This document shows positions 34,598 through 41,311 of a stretch of 64,000 bases of DNA, in pieces (position 1 is the stretch's first letter; every line of letters begins with the position of its first letter). This stretch comes from Shigella phage Sf13. The translations under genes and the position numbers were made by a program. Below the pieces are notes generated by a model. It worked only from the letters and a program-made list of their open reading frames with translations. It was not told where the DNA came from and did no database searches. The DNA is taken from sequence record MF158040. One strand, given 5' to 3'.

Positions 34598-34978
34598 TTA
34601 GTTAATTTTGAAAACTGTAACGTAGCCATCACTACCAATAGTTTGAGATACTCCAGCTTTCTCTATATCATACCCCATTTTATCAAGATGGTACATTGCA
34701 TCTTCATACCCATATTTACCGCCTTGATAGCGTCTTTTTTCGCATCGTATCACAGTTTTACCACGTCCTGCAATAGCATTTATGATAGCTTTTTCACCGG
34801 ATAATGTACCGTCAAGCATAGTAGCTTTGTAGTGGTTAATACGGTTACCATTAACATCATACTTAAAATTGTAAGCGTGAACAACAATTATTTTTCCTTT
34901 GAAGTTTTCTTTCATAGTTTCCTCTAAGATACTACGAAAGTTTTCTTTGTTGATAAATTTAGGCGCACGATATTTCAT
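34598..34978 (-). CDS. hypothetical protein (126 aa)
   Basis: ORF track; ATG after leader. Confidence 0.5.
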   Translation of the reverse strand: MKYRAPKFINKENFRSILEETMKENFKGKIIVVHAYNFKYDVNGNRINHYKATMLDGTLSGEKAIINAIAGRGKTVIRCEKRRYQGGKYGYEDAMYHLDKMGYDIEKAGVSQTIGSDGYVTVFKIN

Positions 34979-35062
34979 TTTAGATTCTCCAGTTTAGGAT
35001 TGTTGGTAAAGCTCTTTATCTGGGGCTTAAGATACTAGATTTTAAACCCCATGTAAAGCACT
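34979..35062 (-). promoter_or_regulatory. intergenic cassette, long form
   Basis: TTTACA, 17 bp, TATCTT; GGGG/CCCC flanks; leader. Confidence 0.55.
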
Positions 35063-35224
35063 TTATGCAATAATTTTTATAAAATATTTCATGGTTATTT
35101 TGTCGCCATTGGTAAGGGCTATACAATCATTACCCATAGCAGACTTATAGAGATAGAAGACTTTACCAATTTTTGGGTATCCGTCTAAATCTTTGTATTG
35201 TATTACATCGCTTTCTTTAATCAT
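35063..35224 (-). CDS. hypothetical protein (53 aa)
   Basis: ORF track ORF (TTG start) trimmed to ATG at M27 with AAAGG RBS; candidate TTTACA-N17-TTATTA promoter upstream. Confidence 0.4.
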   Translation of the reverse strand: MIKESDVIQYKDLDGYPKIGKVFYLYKSAMGNDCIALTNGDKITMKYFIKIIA

Positions 35225-35235
35225 TGTCAAGCCTT

Positions 35236-35442
35236 TTAAACGTTGTAATAATAAATTGCTGTATGCCTTGTAAACTGTCTTGTATGAGTTGTCAAGTAAC
35301 AATCTGAACTGATTGACGTATCAACATATTCATCAAAATCCTTTTCTGAGATACGTTGCCAAACATCACAAATTAGCATATAGAAACGACGTTTATTTGT
35401 TTTGTTGTTGTCAACAATCATTAACTCACGTTGATATAACAT
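35236..35442 (-). CDS. hypothetical protein (68 aa)
   Basis: ORF track; ATG after leader. Confidence 0.5.
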   Translation of the reverse strand: MLYQRELMIVDNNKTNKRRFYMLICDVWQRISEKDFDEYVDTSISSDCYLTTHTRQFTRHTAIYYYNV

Positions 35443-35500
35443 TTTAGATTCTCCAGTTTAGGATTGTTGGGATGTTTCCCGTTGATGCAAATACTATAAG
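35443..35500 (-). promoter_or_regulatory. intergenic cassette, short form
   Basis: Hairpin GGGA-aaca-TCCC plus conserved leader; same variant as 30746-30823. Confidence 0.5.
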
Positions 35501-35693
35501 ACTGGATTTATGAAGTCAACAAAATTTTTAAAAATATTTTCGATGCTTCGTGAATAGAACGCACGTATGCGGATACACTAAAACAGGAATTTAGTCAAGA
35601 ATTATTTTTGAGTTCTCTACAAATTTTTCTCTTGACTTTTGGGAGGAAGGGGATTAAGAGGGGATGGTGGGGCTGGTTTCCTACAGCTACCTA

Positions 35694-35885
35694 CCTGCAC
35701 AATTTGAAAATGAATTTTCCCTTTGGAGTCCAACTGCATCTGCACAGATTGAAAATGAAAAAGCTCTTTGGAGTCTAAACCTGCACAAATTTGAAATGAA
35801 TTTTCCCTTTGGAGTTCAGCTAAAGAAATCTGTCCAGAGTTCTATGCAACTATACCTGCACAAATTTAAAATGAAAAAGCCCTCC
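35694..35885. repeat. four imperfect ~40-bp direct repeats (CCTGCACAAATTTGAAAATGAA...TTTGGAGT)
   Basis: Units start near 35694, 35740, 35780, 35855; indels between units shift the frame of the overlapping plus ORF. Confidence 0.55.
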
Positions 35886-35946
35886 TTACCTGAGATTTTT
35901 AAACTCAAACTTTGGAGGGCTTGTCTATGTCTAGCTAGGTGACTTA

Positions 35947-36741
35947 TTAGTTACGTGCTTCAACATAGCTTACGTTTTCATGTGTGATATAATCTTCTGC
36001 AAACTCTTCTGTAGTAGCATTGATATATACACTTGCATCATCGCCAAACGTTACCGCTCTGTGGTGGTGGCCTTGTAACGGGTGGGTAACTTGAGCGTTA
36101 CTTCGATTGTACTTATCAACCGGAGGGTAACTGGTGTGTACCTTGCCATTACGCTTCACCTTGAGGGTAACTTTATCCTTGCCTACCACAGCAACACCAT
36201 CAAAGTATTGAGGCTCACTGAAGTTCTCCCAACCAGTAACAGGACTAGTCAACTGACTGTACATCTTATCTTCATAGACATACATATATACGTCAACATC
36301 TTTCATGGTCTGATTAATAATGGACAGCACAGCCATACTATCAAGACCACCAATCCCTGCACCAATCATAGGGAGTCCAACCTTCTTAAGCTGGTTTACT
36401 TTACAGTAGTTGTTAAGACGCTGTAAAGCTGCTTCTAAGGCATTGTATCGTGCATTTTTTCCAGTGATAACCTGAGTATAAAGGTTAGCAATTCGACCCT
36501 GCTTCAAACGTGCTACAGAGATGTTACCAAGCATTAGATTCTTAGGGTTATGGTTTTCACCACCTACTGTAGCATAAACTTCAGCGTCAGTTTCATAAGC
36601 TTTTGGGTAGCGTTTAGCAATTGTTGCTGCGATACCTGCACCCATCAAGTTCATGCAGTTACAACCGTGACCAATGATATCAAACTTCTTACCATCAAAG
36701 TCTTTAAAGATATCACCTTTAATAATTTTTACGATACCCAT
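35947..36741 (-). CDS. macro domain (ADP-ribose binding/processing) protein with C-terminal domain of unknown function
   Basis: Macro-like motifs IIKGDIF...GHGCNCMNLMGAGIAATIAKRYP ... KKVGLPMIGAGIGGLD; start set to ATG at M20 one nt after the zinc-ribbon gene stop. Confidence 0.55.
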   Translation of the reverse strand: MGIVKIIKGDIFKDFDGKKFDIIGHGCNCMNLMGAGIAATIAKRYPKAYETDAEVYATVGGENHNPKNLMLGNISVARLKQGRIANLYTQVITGKNARYNALEAALQRLNNYCKVNQLKKVGLPMIGAGIGGLDSMAVLSIINQTMKDVDVYMYVYEDKMYSQLTSPVTGWENFSEPQYFDGVAVVGKDKVTLKVKRNGKVHTSYPPVDKYNRSNAQVTHPLQGHHHRAVTFGDDASVYINATTEEFAEDYITHENVSYVEARN

Positions 36742-36742
36742 A

Positions 36743-36943
36743 TTAGTAATGCTCCCAACGTTCGTTATCTTCAGATGGTTTAACTCGGTTACCTTCATGG
36801 TCTACCCATAAAGCACCGCAACCTTCACAGATTACTGGCATTGCTGAACCAGCTTCAAACTCTGCCTTTGTAAAGAGACCTTTTAAGTCTCCTGTATCTT
36901 TTCCAAACATCTCAACAGAACACTTAGTGCAGAAATCAGCCAT
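36743..36943 (-). CDS. zinc-ribbon protein (66 aa; CxxC...CxxC)
   Basis: ORF track; Cys pairs FCTKC and CEGC; coupled to macro-domain gene. Confidence 0.5.
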   Translation of the reverse strand: MADFCTKCSVEMFGKDTGDLKGLFTKAEFEAGSAMPVICEGCGALWVDHEGNRVKPSEDNERWEHY

Positions 36944-37172
36944 TTGATATTACCTCTTGGAAGTATGTATCACCTTCATAAGAGTAATTACACTTAAACT
37001 CTTCTAAGCTTAATCTTGTAAGCAGAGGATTCAGGTAGTGTTTAAAATCCCCTATCTTGAAGTTGTAGTGAATCAAGGGGTTCATGAATGGTATTACCTC
37101 ATCCCGTCCAACAAATATAGCCCCTACTAACACTTGACGTGTAACTTTACTTCTTACCAGAATTGCTTTCAT
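36936..37172 (-). CDS. hypothetical protein (78 aa)
   Basis: ORF track. Confidence 0.45.
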   Translation of the reverse strand: MKAILVRSKVTRQVLVGAIFVGRDEVIPFMNPLIHYNFKIGDFKHYLNPLLTRLSLEEFKCNYSYEGDTYFQEVISNG

Positions 37173-37473
37173 ACATCACCTTTTCAGTTAGCTCAAACAG
37201 GTCAACATGTTCGATGCTTTCAATATGGATACCAACTTTTGCATAGCGTTCTTTAACATTCTCTGCATTAAGCCATATCAGACACCAATGATTCTCTATG
37301 GATTCTTCAAGCTTGTCAACACAATCTTTAAAAGATTTCATATCTCCACGAGTACCAATGAATGCAACAACCCCATAGAGAAACTCTTTACCACTGTGAC
37401 AGACTTGTGCTGTACCAATTTCCTTTTCACCGTCTGAGAAGACGGCTACATAATTCTTACCATCTAGTTGCAT
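37147..37473 (-). CDS. hypothetical protein (108 aa)
   Basis: ORF track ORF (GTG) trimmed to adjacent ATG with GAGGG RBS. Confidence 0.45.
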   Translation of the reverse strand: MQLDGKNYVAVFSDGEKEIGTAQVCHSGKEFLYGVVAFIGTRGDMKSFKDCVDKLEESIENHWCLIWLNAENVKERYAKVGIHIESIEHVDLFELTEKVMYESNSGKK

Positions 37474-37482
37474 CACTAACCC

Positions 37483-37752
37483 TCACTTCCTCGTTTTAAG
37501 GACTGCATAGATTTCTTTAGAATCTTCTCCGAACCATGTGTAGTGATTCTCGTTGATTTCAGGATGGTTGTCAACACGTATTTTGCAATCTCTTCCAACA
37601 TGCTTAAGTTGTGCAGAAACACCCTGCATAAAGATGTGACAAGTTACATCATCCATAACCGTTGGCATAATGTCAAATCTCATGTAAGTATTACTTGGTC
37701 TTGGTAACAGAAGATAACCTTCCACAAAAAATGTTTCATTCTTCTCTGTCAT
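37483..37752 (-). CDS. hypothetical protein (89 aa)
   Basis: ORF track; ATGA overlap with upstream gene. Confidence 0.45.
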   Translation of the reverse strand: MTEKNETFFVEGYLLLPRPSNTYMRFDIMPTVMDDVTCHIFMQGVSAQLKHVGRDCKIRVDNHPEINENHYTWFGEDSKEIYAVLKTRK

Positions 37753-38018
37753 TGCTGCTTATTCCCTAACAAAATCATATCAATCAAATTGTTTGCCTTG
37801 ATAGTACATTCATAGTAACCATCACGATAAAACTCAAGAGCACTTGCAAGGTCTGCACCTTTAGTACCTTTAACCTCATACCGTGCTTCTTCTTGAGTGT
37901 ACTTGTCACTCTCACTTACTTGGGAGTTTTTGAAGGTACTGTTCACTTTGTTCGTTGAACACCCTGACATAAGGCTCAGTAGCACAATCATTAATAAAGA
38001 CTGTCTTAGTTTTTTCAT
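37749..38018 (-). CDS. outer-membrane lipoprotein, o-spanin-like (Rz1-like)
   Basis: Signal peptide with lipobox LMSGC; start lies inside 3' end of the upstream TM protein gene in another frame. Confidence 0.45.
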   Translation of the reverse strand: MKKLRQSLLMIVLLSLMSGCSTNKVNSTFKNSQVSESDKYTQEEARYEVKGTKGADLASALEFYRDGYYECTIKANNLIDMILLGNKQQ

Positions 38019-38259
38019 AGTTCAATACCTCTTTGGTGTGTTTGTTTTTAGCAAGCACATCTTTCAAATCATTTTTGTAATTGGAGCTAAGATTTGATAA
38101 ACCCTCTTGATAAGCATCTTTAGCAACACTCACAAGTCTCTGGTTAGTTAACTCCTTTTCATTAACTTGGCTGGTCTTGTAAGTGTAACCTCCCCAAGCA
38201 CCAACACCTGTTAAGAAAATGATTACAAAAGCTGCTTGACAAAATTCTTTAAACGTCAT
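37912..38259 (-). CDS. inner-membrane protein, i-spanin-like (Rz-like)
   Basis: N-terminal TM segment FVIIFLTGVGAWGGYTY then charged helical region; AGGAG RBS; overlaps lipoprotein gene. Confidence 0.45.
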   Translation of the reverse strand: MTFKEFCQAAFVIIFLTGVGAWGGYTYKTSQVNEKELTNQRLVSVAKDAYQEGLSNLSSNYKNDLKDVLAKNKHTKEVLNYEKTKTVFINDCATEPYVRVFNEQSEQYLQKLPSK

Positions 38260-38276
38260 TTAACTTCTCCTAGAAA

Positions 38277-38299
38277 TGAAAAAGGCTCCCGAAGGAGCC
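38277..38299 (-). terminator. rho-independent terminator (minus strand)
   Basis: GGCTCCTTCGGGAGCC hairpin followed by TTTTTC on minus strand. Confidence 0.55.
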
Positions 38300-38311
38300 T
38301 CTATAATAACT

Positions 38312-38776
38312 TTAACCAAGAACTTTCGCAAGGACATTTGCTGCCATTGTTGAGGCTTTTGAAGCAGCAGCTACGCCAGCCTTAATGGTATTGTCCTTAA
38401 TCGCAGAAACCGTTGCAGTATCTGTGAAGAGGTAAGTGGTAGTTTGAGAACCACTTGTAAAGGAAAGCATAAGAGCAGTTTCCAGATTGAAAGAACGGTA
38501 AGGAGCACCGGATTGTACAATCCCTTTTGCACCTAACTCTGAAGCCATACCCATATCATAGATAGTCATCAGATTTTCTTTATGAGCAGTAGTTGAACCA
38601 ACACCCTTAACGTGTTTTGTGACATTCAACATTGCACGATACTCACGAATGTTACCATCAGCTTTCACGTTTACTGCACGAAAGATTTTACCATCGAAAT
38701 TACTTTTGATAATCTCACGAACTACCTGTGATTTGTTACCGGAAGCATCGATAGCTACTGTAATAATGTTTTGCAT
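38312..38776 (-). CDS. hypothetical protein (154 aa)
   Basis: ORF track; ATG start. Confidence 0.45.
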   Translation of the reverse strand: MQNIITVAIDASGNKSQVVREIIKSNFDGKIFRAVNVKADGNIREYRAMLNVTKHVKGVGSTTAHKENLMTIYDMGMASELGAKGIVQSGAPYRSFNLETALMLSFTSGSQTTTYLFTDTATVSAIKDNTIKAGVAAASKASTMAANVLAKVLG

Positions 38777-38787
38777 GGTTTACTCTC

Positions 38788-39483
38788 TCAGTTTTTAACA
38801 AGCATTGTTTTGATGTGTGGTAAGATTCTTTCAACCTTTGCCACGTTCTTCACTGTATCTTCTATAAAGCATACTACATCATAGTAGGGTAGAATGCAAG
38901 ACTGAAGCATACGAACTTTCAAACTTTCTGCACTAATCTCATTGTCACCAAATCCACGCATAAACAGTAGGAAATCACTGTCTACATTCTCATTCAGGAA
39001 AAGATGTGTGACAACTCTTTGTGATTCACCACGAGCAGTTAGGAATCCTATATCAGCATTTCTTGATATACCACACAGGATGTTAAAAACATATGTTGGT
39101 TTAGCTCTGCGAGAGTCTACCAAGTTAGTATATTGTGAGTAAGAACCATCATCTAACAGAGTTGCATTAAGTTTCTTGTCAAAGCTTGTAAGAACACCAT
39201 CAATGTCTGCTAAGACCATTTTACGTTTTTCTTCCAAGTTCTTTGCAACCAAGATAAGGCTGTTACGACCAACATATACAGTTTTACCTGTTAGCAAATC
39301 CTGACAAGGAATCTGTGTCTTTGTTGAGTGGAAGTCTTCAAAGCTACACACAACATTTCTTGCTGTATCTGCAAAGTCAGCTTTAGCAATATCTGACCAA
39401 CTTGCAGAACTGATATCTAAATCAAGTGGTTTAATATCATAAGCATGACACAGAACCATATCAAATTGTTTTGATTCGCTCAT
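38788..39483 (-). CDS. HAD-superfamily hydrolase candidate (nucleotidase/phosphatase-like)
   Basis: Motif VLADIDGVLT resembling HAD motif I (DxDGxT); otherwise unassigned. Confidence 0.35.
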   Translation of the reverse strand: MSESKQFDMVLCHAYDIKPLDLDISSASWSDIAKADFADTARNVVCSFEDFHSTKTQIPCQDLLTGKTVYVGRNSLILVAKNLEEKRKMVLADIDGVLTSFDKKLNATLLDDGSYSQYTNLVDSRRAKPTYVFNILCGISRNADIGFLTARGESQRVVTHLFLNENVDSDFLLFMRGFGDNEISAESLKVRMLQSCILPYYDVVCFIEDTVKNVAKVERILPHIKTMLVKN

Positions 39484-40009
39484 ATTTTACCTTTTTAATG
39501 TTTGTTGCAAACTCACATTGAGCCAGCAGTTTCATGTTATTGTACACATCTTGAGAGTATTGTCTAGCCTTTGGAATCTTGTATTTGTAACCAGCATTAT
39601 AAGAAGCTAGGACACGCTTCATAGAGTACTTTCCATCTGGGTTACCATGAACCTTAGTCCAGAATAATAGCTCCTTATGAGCCTCTTTCGCTGAGTAATG
39701 GAAGTCACTTACTAGCTTCTTCTTAGCAACCTTTGGAGATACCTTGTTACGCTTTACAACAGTCTTCAAGTGATTCTGGAAAACACCATAATCATGAGTC
39801 TTTTTATTTTCTAACATGACACCTAATTGTGACTCTTGTAAGGCTATAGCTGCTAAAGGGATTCCCCAACCTTTTCCCATCTGCCCTTCGCCATAGTTAT
39901 ATGCTTTTAACATATTAACTTTCTGGCTGATTGTAAGCTCTGGACAGTCAGATGCTGTAGCTAAATGTGCTGTAAAGAATAAGCACAAACCTAAAACAAA
40001 TTTCTTCAT
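39461..40009 (-). CDS. secreted lytic transglycosylase (SLT-domain) protein
   Basis: Signal peptide MKKFVLGLCLFFTAHLATAS; SLT-like motif AAIALQESQLG...YGVFQ; start set to M9 with AGGAG RBS. Confidence 0.45.
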   Translation of the reverse strand: MKKFVLGLCLFFTAHLATASDCPELTISQKVNMLKAYNYGEGQMGKGWGIPLAAIALQESQLGVMLENKKTHDYGVFQNHLKTVVKRNKVSPKVAKKKLVSDFHYSAKEAHKELLFWTKVHGNPDGKYSMKRVLASYNAGYKYKIPKARQYSQDVYNNMKLLAQCEFATNIKKVKYERIKTI

Positions 40010-40110
40010 TTGCACTCCTATTTTGTTAAACATGCAGACAATTATACACTAACCTGCACATTTTTCAAATAAAAAAGGCTGCCGAAGCAGCCCCTTTAGG
40101 AATTTACTTA

Positions 40111-41232
40111 TTAAACTTCACGTTTACGCTGAGAAATCAGTTCACCAGCAGTACCTACAACTACGTGGAGTGCTTCTGAACCATCCCACTCTTTGATGAC
40201 TTCACGGCGACTATTTACAATCGCTGCAACTTCATAGCGGGAAGCTCGCATTTTCATGTCGTTGTAGTCAGTTGGTACTGAAACAACATCACGAGGATGA
40301 ACACGAACTTTCAGGATAGTGTCACCAGAGAAGCTAGTTACATAATCCCAAGCACCAACGTGCAGACCCTGAGAGCAGGTTACATGACGGTTATTATCAA
40401 CCATCCAACGTGGCATCTCTACAATGTTACCCAAATCATTTGGAACTTTGCAGGTACGAGAGTCAAACAGTTTACCACCACGAGTTGTGACTTTCTTCCA
40501 GCCGATGATATAACCTTCTTCATCAATTTCAACATCAAGGTGTGATACAAAGCCCCAAAGTTGTTCTACAGAATCTTTTGATGGGTTTTCCATCAGTTTT
40601 TCGAAGAATGCAATCAGTCGAACAAAACCATTATCACCTTTCTTCATCATATCCAGAATACGGTCTACCAGAGTTGAGCGCATCTGAACAGCACCGTAAT
40701 ACAGGTTGTCACCTTTGATGGTTACAGCACCTTGAGTGAAGTTCTCAATAGACTTGCGAATGTTCATCAGTTCAAAAGCTTTCTTGTACTCACCTGAAAC
40801 AACAGCCATTACAATATCAGTGTAGTTAGGATGAGTTGACTCAACAATCTCAGACTCTGCACCGAAAGTCATGATAACAGAATCACCAGTAATCATGTAC
40901 TCAATCTGGCTGTTATTCTGCATTGCTTCATGCAGAGCATTTACAGGTTCTGCTTTGACTGCTTCTTTAACAGCTTTTGCAACAGGTTTCTGCTTAGATA
41001 CCTTCTTAGTCGCTTTAGCTTTCTTAGCACTCTTTGCAATATCTTTCAGAGTCTTTGCAGGTTTTGCTTTGGTTTTCCCTGACAGCAGTGTTGCTTCATG
41101 ACGCTCTACAGCACGACCTACCGAACGGGTTGAAGTGTTATACTTCAGAGCAATTGCAGTTTTGGTAAGTTTACCTTCTTTAACCAGTGCATAGATTTCT
41201 GCGTCGATTTGTGCTTTAGTCTTAGTAGTCAT
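40111..41232 (-). CDS. rIIB: rIIB-like protein
   Basis: Recalled similarity to T4 rIIB (LVDRILD, ENPS, GWKKV motifs); directly downstream of rIIA-like gene. Confidence 0.6.
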   Translation of the reverse strand: MTTKTKAQIDAEIYALVKEGKLTKTAIALKYNTSTRSVGRAVERHEATLLSGKTKAKPAKTLKDIAKSAKKAKATKKVSKQKPVAKAVKEAVKAEPVNALHEAMQNNSQIEYMITGDSVIMTFGAESEIVESTHPNYTDIVMAVVSGEYKKAFELMNIRKSIENFTQGAVTIKGDNLYYGAVQMRSTLVDRILDMMKKGDNGFVRLIAFFEKLMENPSKDSVEQLWGFVSHLDVEIDEEGYIIGWKKVTTRGGKLFDSRTCKVPNDLGNIVEMPRWMVDNNRHVTCSQGLHVGAWDYVTSFSGDTILKVRVHPRDVVSVPTDYNDMKMRASRYEVAAIVNSRREVIKEWDGSEALHVVVGTAGELISQRKREV

Positions 41233-41311
41233 TTCAATATCTCTCTTTGTTGTTTAAAATTACTTAGTGGTTCGTATTCTAAGGGGCTTTTCAGCCCCTG
41301 TCAAACTATTT

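Noticed and set aside
28494-35500. Possible CRISPR array suggested by the regularly recurring ~60-90 bp repeats
   Set aside because: The repeats are separated by complete protein-coding genes of very different lengths (150-560 bp), each repeat ends in a ribosome-binding leader and start codon, and no cas genes are present; they are promoter/leader cassettes.
35664-35942. Plus-strand ORF of 92 aa with internally repeated peptide segments
   Set aside because: The periodicity comes from the DNA direct repeats, whose indels put successive units in different frames; it lies between two minus-strand genes; more likely non-coding repeats than a gene.
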